Origin: Camelus ferus
Taxonomy: Eukaryota
Assembly (NCBI RefSeq): GCF_009834535.1
Contig: NC_045697.1
Span: 4,838,001-4,902,000 of the forward strand
Direction: 5' to 3'
Length of the DNA: 64,000 bases
The notes beneath the pieces were generated by a model. It saw only the letters and a list, made by a program, of their open reading frames with translations. It ran no database searches and had not been told where the DNA came from. The translations under genes and the position numbers were made by a program. Positions 49,850-62,683 of this stretch are shown here, in pieces; the first letter of the stretch is position 1, and each line of letters opens with the position of its first letter.

Positions 49850-50295
49850 TTTTCAATTTTTAAAAATTGTGGTAAAAGATACATAACATGAAACGTCTCA
49901 TCTTAACCTTTGTTAAGTGTCCAGTTCAGGGGCATTAAGTGCGTTCACATTGTGTGCAGCCATCAGCACCATCCACCTCCTGAACTTTTTCATCTTCCCA
50001 GCCTGAACCTCTGTCCATGTTAAACACGAACCCCCATTCCCTCCTCTCCCTGGTTGCCCCTGGCAACAACCTTCATACGTTCTGACTCTATGAATTTGAC
50101 GATTCTAGGGAACTCATGTAGCGGTATCATATAGGATTTGTACTTTCATGACTGGTTGACTTCACTCTGCATAATGTCTTCCATGTTGTAGCATGTGCTT
50201 GAATTTCCTTCCTTTTAGGGCTGCATAATATTCCATTCTATAGACCATCTGTTGAGGGGCACTTGGGTTGCTTTGACTTTGGGCTCTTGTGAGTA
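49850..50295 (-). mobile_element. L1 3' end fragment (L1MB-like)
   Basis: Contains ttgtggtaaaagatacataaca...cagccatcagcaccatccacctcc.gaactttttcatcttccca. Confidence 0.75.
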
Positions 50296-51331
50296 TAATC
50301 CCGCAAACCTTTAAACATAAAATGAAAGGCTTCAGTGAGATACTGTGTTTGTGTAAGCTATTCTGGGGGTGGTAGTTTAGCTCCCTATGCAAGGGAGAGG
50401 GGTATATGCTTACAGGAACCTGTTTTTAGGGTCTTAGGTGGTGACATCCGAGAAGTGTTAGACTACATCGTTCACGATAGCAAGTTTTCTAGAGAGAGCA
50501 TTGGAGGTAGTGGAAACAGGGCTGGGAAATGCGTAGATGCCGGAATGAACTATTTAGTTGAGTGAATGAGTGGAGTGAATGGATTCACTCATCTAGAAGC
50601 TACGGGACCTTCAGGTGCTGCTCCCCTGGGAGGAGCTCTGTCCTGTCGGGGTAAGCAGTGTGGTACCAGCTGGGGGGAAGAGCGGGAAACAAAGGAAACA
50701 GGGAAGTGGGCAGCAAACCTGCAGGGTGAGGATGTTTCAGAGGCTATTTGGGAACCAGAGATCCAAAGGACAAATAGGAGACTTTCAGGAGGACGAGGAT
50801 GCTGGGAGTTTCAACCACAGCAAAGAGCTCAGACAGTTGACGCAAAAAGCATGGTGCGTATGGCCATGAGCCATCAGGAGGAGCGAAGTCCCAGGCGTGG
50901 GGGTGGGGGGGGGTGGCAGGAGAACACACCAGACCCTTCCAGCTGTGCCCGAGCTGGGATCTGGGTGGGAGGGCCTCAGAGCCCGTGTTAGGAAGACTGG
51001 ACTTTCATCCTTTAGGTTGGAGAGTTTCGACGGATTTTGCGCTGGAGAGCAGCACAGTTTGATTTACCTCTGAGAGGGATAAATGCGGAATGAACAGCTA
51101 GACTCCAAAAGCCTCGCAGAGCCTTTGTAAGCAGAGATGCCCTTGCGTCTTCAGTTACACACCGCGGATTTCGGTGCTGCTGCTTTGTAACTGAGACCGT
51201 CCTCAGCGTCCAAGTTCATAACCGGCTGACTGCCTGCGCGAGTACAAACACGGGGGCTGGTTGTAAGCTGTGCGCTCCCTCCTCCGCCTCCCTCCACTCA
51301 CTGCTCTCTGATCTTGGCCGGCCCCTCCCAG

Positions 51332-51559
51332 GTCCGAGGAGAGTTGCTCCGGGAGAGAGTGCAGCAGCTGGAGGCCCAGGAGGGGCGCTTTGCCGAGTCC
51401 CTCGTCTCCCTGCAGTTCCAGAAGGCGGCCAGGATGGCCAAGACGCTGTGGGCCTACACCGCCCTCCTGACCCTCCAGGACCTGCTCCTGGAGGAGCTGA
51501 GCGAGTCGGAGACCCTGACCAAGGCGGCCTGCGCACAGATCCTGGAGTCGCACAGCCCG
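51332..51559 (+). CDS. EVC2: EVC2 coding exon (exon 17 equivalent), 228 nt
   Basis: Acceptor cctcccag|GTC and donor CCG|gtgagt. Translates VRGELLRERVQQLEAQEGRFAESLVSLQFQKAARMAKTLWAYTALLTLQDLLLEELSESETLTKAACAQILESHSP. Confidence 0.97.
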
Positions 51560-53399
51560 GTGAGTGCAGGACCCGGGAAGGAAGGGGACGGAGGCCACAT
51601 CGCATCCCTGGGTGGTTCATGCTTCCATCTCTCCCACTGTCAGATGGGCGGTCAGCTGTCCTGTCTCCGCCGTAGGTCCCGGGGAGGGTTAGGTGAAGTA
51701 ACTTACACGCGAGCCCGAGGCACTCCGCAGCCCGAGGAAGCTCATGTTTTGAATTTAAGCGTTTTAACATCTGAGAAACCCGGATGCATCTGACAGCCAG
51801 CAACAGTATTGTTTCTTTTATCGAGCTCTGAAAAATAGCCATCTAGCTTTCAAATAATGGCACCTTAGACGCAGTGAAGCAGCGGATTACTTTTTATTGT
51901 CATAATTCTAATTATTAGCTTTAGTCTCCATGCTGCATTTTTCCCAAGGCATTGAGAGGTATATTCATAAAACAGAAGCTATCGACATAACTGTTTTGAG
52001 GACCAATTTTTAGTCCTTTATGTGTAATTTTAGAATCTTATACATTATCATAGTTGCTTCTGTCGAGGAAAGGTAGCTCACGTTTGCTGAGTGCGGCGCG
52101 TGCGGCAGGCAGGCACTGGTGCACTGGGAAAGCGTGTACTCCCATTTCAGAGTGAATATTCTTTCCTTAATCATGCATCTTTAAGGTGACCCTTTAAGCA
52201 TGATTAATTTAGCTTCAGTTTTATGCCGCTTGGCAGTTATGCTTTTTGTCATACATTATGACGATTAATCACTGAGCCATGCTGTCAAGTGGGTACTGTT
52301 CCCGTGCCCAGTTCTCAGGTGAAGAAATGAGGTTTGGGTGGCAGGTCAAGTTCTTTCTGAGATCTGCGTGGCTAATAAGAGACGGGAGCTAGAAATGCAT
52401 CTGTTTCTGACTTCAGCCCGCCAGGTCACGTTCACGGGCTGTCCTGGTTGATCTTGCTAACGGGGGTTCCCACGTTTCCTTAGAGAAGTCATAAATGACG
52501 TTAGCCGCTGAGAAGTCCAAGGCTATTTTTCCAGTAAACGCTGTGCGCCCCGTGCTCGGACAACTGTTCTTAGGGATAGGAAGGAAGGGAGCTTTGTTGA
52601 TATTCCAGCACAAACATCCAGATGCTGGATAAATAAAAATAAACAGGCTTTTTAGTGCTCTGTGAGTTTGCAAGAGAATGTGAAAATCCCCCAGGGCCAA
52701 GGGTAACCTGGAGAAACCTGAACTCACAGAGGGAGAGGAAAGCAAATTCAGGGGCTGAAATCCGAGGGGAAAGGGTGAAACCAAGAACCCAGGGACCTGG
52801 GGATTAATTTGAAGGCACAGGAGGGGGTGCTGTGGGATGTCCTGAGGAGACGGACCACCCAGTGAGGGAAGGAGGAGAAAGCCACCTGTGGTCAAAAGCC
52901 ACCAGGATAAAAGCTGCCCGCGTCCAGCTCTGCTGGGGGCGCTCCCTTCTGTGAATTTGCCATCAAAGCCTCTCCTGACAGGAAGAAGGACTCCAAAAAT
53001 ACGTCAGCCCATTCAGTAAGGAAATCTCCAAAGTGATAAATTTAAATGTAAGTGGTTCCAGATTGAATGGCTGCCCCTGGTGCGTGGCTGAAGCTACCAG
53101 ATACTGCCCAGAGAAAGATATTCTCCATCCGGGTGCTTCAGCATTTCCATAGATTAAGTTCAGCCAGATATGAGTTCTCAGTTAAAATTTAAAAGGTCAC
53201 TGAACACAGGAAGAAGCCAGGCAAGATGACCTATGCACAGGAGAAACAACAACAACAAAAAAACCCCAACAGATTAAAATCTTCAAAGACTTTCGCCGTC
53301 TGAATTATCAGCACAGGATGTATAATGATAACTTAGGAAATTATTAAAGAAATTAAAGACAATGCCAGAATGATGTAACGATTTTATTCCTCCGGGGAG

Positions 53400-54880
53400 C
53401 AGAGTGATTCTAAACTTGCACAGATGTCATAAAAGACCCAAACTAACAAGAAAGAAAAACTGACAAAACAGCAGGGAGAAACCGACAGACCCGCCGTCGT
53501 AGCGGGGAATTTCCAGCACAGCTCGTTCTGTGGTTACTTGTTCATCATACGAAACACGAGCGAAAACACAGATGAACCGAATCACACATTTAACAACTTG
53601 GACTTAATGGACTTGTGCAGAATCTCACAGCCAACATTTAACAAACATACGTTCTTCTTCAGCACATTGGGACAGTTGAAAAGTAATTGATCGTGCAAAA
53701 TCATGGTGACCGTCTTTTTGAAAAGGGGCAATTAAGTTTAAATCAGTTTTTTAAAAGATGAAAACATCCATACTTTGGAAGTTGTAGAATATACTTCTGA
53801 ATAATTCATGGATCTGAGACATCATCACGGAAGTTTCAAAATTCAAAGAACGAAAAATAATGTAGATACAAACGTATCAAAACTTGCAGGATTCAGCTTA
53901 GGCAGTTTTTAGAGGGAAATTTTGCCCTTAAACTTATATGAGAAAAGAAGAAAAGCTCACAATTCAAATCATATAAGAAATTAGGGGAAAAACAACCACA
54001 AAGGAAGCTTTAGAAAGTAGAAGGCGGAAAGAGTGTAAACAAAACGCAAAGCCTCCTGCAGAGAGAGTCAAGACAGTGAGAAGTTGCATTTCTTGATAAA
54101 AGTCTAATAAAATATACAAATATCTGGCAAAGAGTGATCATTTAAAAGAGAAATAAGGGAGAAGGCTAAAAAATAACACAAGGCAGGTACAGTCGAGTTT
54201 TAAAAAATAAGAGAATTCTATGAACAATAGTTCTGTGTGGATGAATTTAAACACTGAAAATTTTTCGAAAAAAAATAGCTCGCCAAAACTGACTCAAGTC
54301 AAAAAAAAATCTGTGTCGTCCTGTTACGATGAAAGAAACTGATCCAGTAGTTCTGAAATCTTCCGATACACGTGTACAAATATTTAACTTCAATAGTTTT
54401 ATAGGTGAGCTCCACCAAACTTTAAGGTAGCACATTTTTCCAATCTCATATGCAAATTATTTTTGAACTTTAAAAAAAATACGGACTAGTCCTCATTTCA
54501 TGAAGCTCAGATAACTTTGACACCAAAAGCAGACACGAATAGTATGAGAAAGTGCAGAGTTCAGTCTTACTTATGAACATAGATGTACAAGTCGTAAATA
54601 AAATGTTATTAGCATAATCCAGCGATCTGTAAAAAAAAAAGTAATGCAGCACGGCCAGATAGAATTTTCCCCAGGAATATAAGGTTGGCTTAGCATTAAA
54701 ACACCCATGTACAAAGTTAATCAGATTAACGGATTAAAGAAGCAGCTCCTATGATCACTTCGGTATACACAGAAAAATGTTTTATTGAATTCAGCACGCA
54801 TCCAATATAAAACTCCTTAGCAGATAATAACAGGAGGAAATCCCGGCAGGGTATTTACCCAAAACCCACAGCAGATCTTA
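53400..54880 (+). mobile_element. Degraded L1 ORF2 (endonuclease to RT start)
   Basis: Recognisable remnants of LDLMDIYR, QNLWDAAKAVLRGKF, FIPGMQGWFNI and MIISIDAEKAF motifs, with many stops and frameshifts. Confidence 0.75.
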
Positions 54881-57800
54881 CTGCCAGGTGACTGGTGTGG
54901 AGGTGAGTGCCTGCCCGGGATTACAGATGAAGGAGGTGAAGGCTTCAGAGGAGGGGCAGGTCCAACGTCAAGTATCAAACAAATTGGGAACAAAATAAGA
55001 TGCTAGGAGCCTCTGGCCGTCAGTCCACAGTTCATCTCCTCCTCATAAGCGCTCTGAGAAACTCCTGGATGCAGCCCTAAAACACCCAGTTGTCCTTTTC
55101 ACTTGAGACGACCTTCATTTCTATCAGAATTTCTGTTGCACGCTTACCTTTTCAGTTTCATCTTAAAGCCCTGCCGGGTAACGTCAGAGCTTGTTCATTC
55201 TCAAGTGTGTTTAGAATGAAAGAGTTAGTGCCCCAAATTGGAGGCAAGGATAATAAATCAGAGGATGCTGCATTACTGAGTCCCTGGGAAGGCGATGGGT
55301 ATGTTGCCAGTTTTTCCGCTCGATTTGCATTTAGAGGGAAGACCAACCAACCTGTTGTTTTGCTCCCGGTGTTAGACTTTCATTCTGCGATTTGATCATT
55401 CTGTGAAAACCACTTTCCCAGTGGGAACGGGCTTTTAAGCTGCTACACGTTCAGGAGAATTTTAAAAAGCATGAAATGAAATGCTTTGGGAGAATGACTC
55501 CTAAGAAAGCGATACCAAGTTCCCCTCACCTGGTGAAAGATGTGGGCTCACTTCGTGAAACTGGACACATGCAGGACATAATGGAATTGCTGGGCCGAGT
55601 GGCGAGCACGGGCAAGTTTAAATCAGGTGGACTCACTCGTAACAGATAACGTGGCCCCAGACTAACTGTTCGCGCTGTATTTCCATCTCGGTTTAAACTG
55701 CTGCATATCCCTTTTTCCAAGCCCGACTGGCTTCTTCCCCTGTTCTCCCCTCTGCTAGTCTGCGAGGCAGCCCGTCTTCAGTTCTGCCTGACTTCTCTCC
55801 CTTCTGACGTCCGCTGCCCAGGTTCACTACCCTGACAAGCCTAAACCTGAAAAATAACACACAACTGAGCTCGCATCAGCTGAGCTCTCAGTAAGCCCAG
55901 GGCATCGAGTTAAGTTTGTACACCTTCCGTCTCCCCGCTGGTATTTTTATTTCCATTCTACAGATGAAGGACTTGAGGCTTAGGAAGCTTAACTCATTTC
56001 ACAGGATCCCACAGCTGCAGAGCAGAGCCGACACCCCTGCCTGCAAAGCCCATCTCCTGCCCTAACGTCGGCTTCCACCTGCCTCCCTCTTTCCTGACTC
56101 GGGTCTCCCCCACCCTGTAGCCAGAGGAATCATTCTGGAGACTAAAAAGATCGTTGACAGCCCCATTCCCAACTCTGTGTTTTAACATCTCACCTCGGCC
56201 CCTGCCTCCCTCAGACCCTGCGTGTTAGCCCCCGGGCTGTCTTGCTGCTCCCTGAACCCTTAAGACACATTCAAGCCTCCGCTCCTTTGAAGGGCCTCTG
56301 CCTGGGATGCTTCTGCAGCACCTCCTGCAAACTCCTGTCCGAATTCTAAGACAAGCCAAAGGCCGCCTCTTCTGTGAAGCCGTCCGTGATTCCCTTGGGC
56401 AGAGTGGGTCTCTCCCAGCTCTGTGCTCAAAGGACCCTCCATTGCAGTTCCCTGAGATAGCAGATGACAGCTGTTGCCTGTCACTGTGACTGTGTTTGCA
56501 CAGCGGTCTCCCACACTAGACTGTGAGTTTCTGGAGTCTAGGGGCCTTGTCTCTTTGCCCCACAGTCCCTTGTGCCCAGTAAAAGGCCTGAGACTGTCTG
56601 TCTGTCTGTTTGTCTTTCCGTCTCCGTCATCAGCATCGGCATCATCTAACCCATCTATTCATTCATTCGCCAGATGCCTACAGAGCACTTACCAGAGACA
56701 ACAGAACCAAGAAATGGGCCCAGAGTCAGAGAAACCTGAACTCACTCCTCCCCGGGGCTCTTGCCCTGCTCTGGGACTTCCAAAGATTTATTAACACTCT
56801 CTGCGCCTCAGCTTCCTTATCTGTAATACGGGATATTAGCAAATTTTCTTACTCTGTGCTGTTTTGTGAAGATTAAGTAAATTAATTCATGCAAAGATGC
56901 CCTGAATCGAATCTAGCACCGTGTAGGCATTCAGTGCATGCTGACTGCCGTTATCATTACTAATAATAAGATGATAGTGACTACTGTTACGTCCTCGACA
57001 ACCCAGCCTCCGAATCCCTGCTGGGGAGAAGGGTGAACAAGACAGTCCCAGAGTCGTGAATAGAGCAGACATGAAGGAAGACAGTTCTAGAACCAAGTCT
57101 TGGATCCCAGTGGTGCTAAGTGGCAGGAAGCTGCAGGGGTGCGGCCAGGACTTGGGGGACAGGACTGACCTTTGGGAGAACCTGCCACCTGCAGCTTACA
57201 ACCTGCAGGAGACTTTCGTTCCCACCTGATTTCCTGTTCCTAACCAGGGTTCACCTGGTCTTGGAAAATGAATGTGACCCGCCAGCTCTCTGTGCTCTGC
57301 CTGTTTGGTGGACGCTGGCAGGTGAGGGTTTGAGCCTTCCCTCCCCGTGCGGTGGGCTGGGGCCGACATCTTGGTGGAGGTCTGGTCCCAGACCAGGCTC
57401 CGGGCACACAGACAGAACATGCTGCTGGAAACTCACTAGCGCTATTGGAAGCGCTTTGGTTATGTTTCCATGTGGAGCGCAGTGATGAGGAGGATGGTCG
57501 TAATCAGACACCTCAGCGTGCTGGAAGCCCGTGCTCAGAGCCCCAAGACTGCCGCAGCCCTGGGGGCGAAACCCACGCGCCACCCACACTATGACTTCAT
57601 TCGCCCTCCAGCTGTTCTCTCCTGTCCTGGTTTTTTGAGCAGTGTCTCTGGGCCTTGGGGGAGCTTTGAGATGCTTCTGAGAATCTGAGGCCAGCTTTGC
57701 TCCTCTGCAGAAAGGCAGACTGTTTTGCACAAAATTTAGGAGGACCAAGGACCACCGTCTCCTGAGGATGCTTGGACAAAGCCTGTTGGGATTAAACCCC

Positions 57801-58384
57801 ACCCTCACTCCAGCCCCACGCAGAACGCTGGCCAATCTGGTGGCTAACGGATTCAGCATCTCTGCATTTTATGAGGCCTGGGACCTTCCTGCCAGTTTCT
57901 CTTATGTACTCACCTAAGCGGGCAGCGGACAGGCTCTGGCAGCCAGATTCTCTGATCCTGGTGGGCTCGGAATGCACGTTTCTTCTCTTTGGCCAATGAG
58001 AGGCCGCATAGCCTGGGGGTGAAGGACACAAACCTGGAGCCCCCTGGCCTGGCCCCCTATTCTGGCTCTGCCACTCAAAGAATTGCATGACCTGCAAATG
58101 ACTTTGTCTCTCCGCCTCAATTTCCCCATTTGTAACAGAGAAAGTAAATATGTATTCGGCACAGTTGGTATAAGGATTCAGTGAGTTGAATATATGCAGA
58201 GCCCTTAGAGTGGAGGCGGGCACGGTCTGAGTAGGCTCGGTGTTAGGTGTCATCCCCGGGCGCTGCTCCAGCACAGCCTTCATCGTGCGGGATGCGAGCT
58301 GACACCCCACGGATGACAGCGACAGGTGCAAGCTGCCAAGCGTGATGCTACGTGCTGCAGGTGGGGTGATGGAGACACAGCCTG

Positions 58385-58765
58385 CCCCCCTGAGAGGTCA
58401 CACTCCTGCTGCTGTATCCAAGTGCTAGGGACTGCACGGCTTAAATGACAGACATTTCTGTTCTCACAGTTCTAGAGGCTGGGAAGTTCAAGATCAAAGT
58501 GCCGGCCAATTCTGTTTCTGGTGAAGAATCTCTTCCTGGCTTGCAGACGGCCACCTTCTCACTGTATCTTCACCTGACAGAGAGAGGGAGCTCTGGTCTC
58601 TTCCTCTTCGTAGAAGGGCACGAATCCCATCATGGGGTCCCACCCTCATGACTTTATCTAAACCTGAATACTCCCCAAAGCCCCCACCTCCAAACACCGT
58701 CCCACGGGGGATTAGGTGTTCAGCACGTGGATTGTGAGGGACCACAAACGTTCAGTCTGTAGCAG
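58385..58765 (-). mobile_element. MaLR LTR (MLT1A-like)
   Basis: Contains ctcacagttctagaggctgggaagttcaagatcaaagtgccggc...ccaccctcatgac...caaacgttcagtctgtagca. Confidence 0.8.
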
Positions 58766-59079
58766 GCAAATACGAGCGGTGGTGAGTGGACAGTTGAGTC
58801 TGCATCTCCCAAGGGACCGAGGGACTCTGTGGTAAGCGCCTGATGGTTAGCTCTTTTGATTGTGATGTAAGTGCCTGGCATTCAGCTTTTAATTGCGGAG
58901 GCATCTATTTCAAAGACATCCATCTAAATAAACAGGTTGCCAACTAGACAGCCCCATAAAGCCAGTCTGCACCATCTGTGAAGTCCCTCCTTTTGGAAAG
59001 CTCTGGTTGACCTACTTACCTGACCGCTTGAGTGACCTTCTTTTCTCTCTCTGAACCTTAATTCCTCTTCTTACGATTT

Positions 59080-59325
59080 AAATTCAGCATTTCAAAGTGA
59101 CCCAGTGAAACCCCAGACACCCGACCCTTGACTCCTAAAAAGGTAGAGCCCCAGGTCCGTGTTCTCTCTCTCTACTTGTGACCCTGCTGTGTGGCCTGGC
59201 TGTGCCATGCACCCTCCAGGACATGTGAGTAATAAACCTGGTTTTCTCAAGGTCCTTGATGGTTGTTGCTGGGGCAAGTCTTGCCATCATAAGGAGAACC
59301 ACAAGGACCAGTCCAACCTCAATGG
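59080..59325 (+). mobile_element. Probable old LTR fragment in sense orientation
   Basis: LTR-like order: a TATA-like cctaaaaag, a (CT)n run, AATAAA at 59231-59236, then a GT-rich downstream tract. Family not identified. Confidence 0.4.
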
Positions 59326-59721
59326 TGGCAGGTGGGGGAAATGTCTGTGGGGGCTGCCACAAGGAGTGTGGGCCCAGGTGAGCACCCCCTGGCATCTCCA
59401 GCCAGTAGCATCATGGTCCGTAGGCTGGGACCAGCACAAAACAGAGCCCTTTCCTGAGGAGTTTCTTCTAAAGCCAGCGCTTGAAAGAAGACTCAGAATT
59501 GGCCAGGCAAACAGGGAAGGGCTCTGCAGGCGGGGGCCCAGCACGTGCAAAGGCCCGGAGGTGTGAGGCCCTGGTGCAGCCTCATCGCAGTGTTTGGCAC
59601 AGCTGGATGGCGGAGGCAGGCAGAGGAGGTCCTGCCGGGCTTCCAGTGCCGCGCTGAGCAGGGCGGATGTCATCCTGCCGCCCACCTGCCGTGTGCTCAC
59701 CTCCTGTCCCTCTGTATGCAG

Positions 59722-59936
59722 GAGCTCCAGGAGCTGGAGAGGAAGCTGGAGGACCAGCTGGCACACCAGGAGGCAGCCCAGCTGCAGCGGGCCCTGGCCA
59801 GCCGGCAGCAGTGGGCGGGCGAGGGGCCCGGGCTTCTGCAGGAGCCGGAGGAGACGGACTCTGAAAGGCAGGTCTCCGCGGTCCTGCGGCGAGCCCTGAG
59901 CAGGGGTCAGAAGTTACTGGAGCACCACCAGCAGAG
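59722..59936 (+). CDS. EVC2: EVC2 coding exon (exon 18 equivalent), 215 nt
   Basis: Acceptor tgtatgcag|GAG and donor CAGAG|gtgagc. Translates ELQELERKLEDQLAHQEAAQLQRALASRQQWAGEGPGLLQEPEETDSERQVSAVLRRALSRGQKLLEHHQQ. Confidence 0.96.
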
Positions 59937-60544
59937 GTGAGCGAGGGCCCGATGGCACCGTGTGGTGTCGGTCCCTGTGGGCCTGGGGGCACCTGGCCTC
60001 TCAGACTCAGCGGGACAAGGCCCACCTGGGCTGTCGTGCTCCCATCTGGCTGTCATCCCAGCACCTGGGCATGAGCTGCCAACTTCATAGCATACTTCTT
60101 CCCTGACATCTTTCTATACTTGATTTTTTTAAATCTCTATTTGATATTGATTCCTTTTTAATATTTAACATTGAGGTTTTACAGAAGATTATATTTTTCA
60201 ACTTTCTTATTTTGAAATCATTACAGACGCACAAGAAATTTAGCACAGAGGTTCCATGGGCCCGTCACCCAGCTTCCCCCAATGGCACCATCTTACATGG
60301 TCGCAGCACGTGAGGCAGACTGGGGATCAACACTGGGACCAGGCAGTGAATACAGGACTTACTCAGGCCTCACCATAAACATAATATTTTATATCCTGCT
60401 TTTGTAAATTATAAAACAGACAGAGCCTCAATCTTTGTTCTTGTTTTTGGCCTCCTTTTTCAATTAACAATAGATAATTAGCCTTTACATCATGGCATTA
60501 AGAGCTCTTGAAAACATAAATTTTCCCCTTTATAGAGCCTAAGT

Positions 60545-61150
60545 CTCTTTATTTTCGAGTTATGATTAACATACAAGATTATATTAGCTTCAGGTGTACA
60601 CCATAGTGATTCAGTATTTTTATACACCATGAGGTGATCACTGAGGTAAGACCAGTTACCATCCATCACCATACAAAGTTGTCACAACATTACTGTGTTC
60701 CCTGTGTGTCCATTGCATCCCCCTAACTTCTTTGTTTTAGAGCTGGAAGTTTCTGTCTCTTAATCTTCTTCACCCATATGAACTATCCTTCCACCCCTTG
60801 TTTCCTCTGGCAACCACCAGTTGCTTCTTTGTATCCATGAGTCTGTTTCTATTTTGTTTGATTGTTTGTTTTGGTTTTTAGATTCCATATATAAGTCAAG
60901 TCATGCAGTATTTGTTTGTCCCTGACTTATTTCACTGAGCATAATACCCTCCAAGTCTATCCACGTTGCCCCAAATGTCAAGATTTCATTCTTTTTTACA
61001 GCTGAATAATATCCCATTATATCTACACCTACACCACGTCTTCTTTATCCGTTCATCTATGGATGGACACCTAATTGCTTCCACATCTTAGCTATTGTAA
61101 ATAGTGCTGCAATGGATGTAGGGGGTCACACATCTTTTGGAAAACCTAAT
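60545..61150 (-). mobile_element. L1 3' end fragment
   Basis: Contains tttttagattccatatataagt...ctgacttatttcactgagcataataccctcc...gctattgtaaatagtgctgcaatg. Confidence 0.85.
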
Positions 61151-61519
61151 TTTTAACAGCTTCATAGTTTCCTACTGTGAATATAATATTGATGTGTAAA
61201 GGATAGGGTGCATGATTCCATTTTTGAAAACACACACAAATTAATCGGAAGAATATAGGCTAAACTGTAATAGATGTGATTTCTGGGAGGTGAGAATACA
61301 GGTGATTTTAACGTACTTAATGTAATGCTTTTCTGTGCAAAGACAGCATCAAAGTGCAGTTCTGTTTAACTGAAATAATTGTGTAAAGGACTGAATCTGT
61401 TTGATCAGAGCTCAGAGAAGCTGACTTTATTTAGACCCGATTGAGGATTTTAGGGTATTTTCTACCCTAGTATATTCCATACGTCATGGAGGAAATTGCT
61501 GATGATCAAGCTACTTACA

Positions 61520-62405
61520 TGAAATGTACCTGCAGGGGGTTTGGAGTGTATTCACCAGCGAGAATGCAGGATGGATAGCCCGGGACGCCAACTTTAATCG
61601 GCCAGGTGATCGGCCGAAGACCCCCTGTGGGGGAGTCGGGAAACCGATGGAGACCTCATGTAACAAGGTGTCACCCGGCCCCTGTGCAGAGCCAGGTCCA
61701 CCCCTGGGAGGTGGTTCTGGGCCCACTTCAACAAGGGCCCATGGTGGACAAAGCCCCGGATCTTGGTCTTCTTGAGCACAGGCATGGGAGCTAAAGTGGA
61801 GAGTTTAAAGTAGGATCACTGTTGGAGGGCAGAGGGGACGAAAGTGCCCACCGGACTGAGAAGGCATCTTGAGACCAAAAAACAAGGCGGGCAGCTCCAC
61901 GTAACCGATGGCTCTGTTTATTACAGGGTAACTTACAGGGTGGGGTCAGGCAGATGGCAATCCGGAAGCACTCACAGCTGCCCCCAACGCCGCTGAGGAG
62001 CCCCTGGGACAGGTTGATAGTTAACCTAGAGTAGGTGCTTAGAAACAGGACGCACATTCCTAAGTCAAGACTTGTGAATGGGTCACCAGCCTCAGGGGCA
62101 CTAAGACTACTCAGGGAAGGATTCGTCACTGGGGACTAACAGAGCACAGAGGCCAGCAGGTCCGAATGATTATCAAACAGTATCTATTAACTACAAAGCC
62201 CTTGATAACGGAGAAGTGATTCACAGCACCATCCTGGGCGGGTCAGCAAAGGAGCAGGAGAAACTGTGAGCACCCAAGATGGCCTCAGTCATGCTAACAG
62301 CCACACAGGTCACAGGTTGCCCTGCAAAGCCACAGGAAAGTCTCCCCACGGCTCCTACAGAGCTCCTCACTTCGAGGAGCACTGCGTCCTGTGGGCCCTG
62401 CCTCA
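61520..62405 (-). mobile_element. Putative host solo LTR containing a nested LTR
   Basis: TGA...TCA termini with a 4-bp flank match TACA/TCCA (one mismatch) and a reverse ATTAAA (ctttaat). Confidence 0.5.
61820..62307 (-). mobile_element. Nested solo LTR (488 bp), possibly ERV2/ERVK class
   Basis: TG...CA termini with a 6-bp TSD GATCAC/GGTCAC (one mismatch) and a reverse AATAAA (gtttatta). Confidence 0.6.
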
Positions 62406-62595
62406 TCCATTATTTGCAAAGTAATCTGGGGAAGAAGAGGTAAAAGCTTCTTCTGGCTATAACTTTTGACGGATTTAAAAAATATTTATTGTAGATTAGA
62501 TTTATGATCCTCTGTTATTTAAGTAGCTAGATGATCTGCTCATCGGGTCACTTTACAACAAAACTGGACTCATATAGACTCTGTTTTCACCCTAG

Positions 62596-62683
62596 TTTGA
62601 GAGAGGAGCAAGAGAGCAGTGTTGTGCTTGAAGACCTGCTGGAGAATATGGAGGCCGACACCTTTGTGACCCTGTACGGCCAG
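62596..62683 (+). CDS. EVC2: EVC2 coding exon (exon 19 equivalent), 88 nt
   Basis: Acceptor ttcaccctag|T and donor CAG|gtgaga. Translates (S)LREEQESSVVLEDLLENMEADTFVTLYGQ. Absent from the ORF track; translated by hand. Confidence 0.95.

Noticed and set aside
53400..54880. Active reverse transcriptase gene
   Set aside because: It is a heavily degraded L1 ORF2 with no long open frame.
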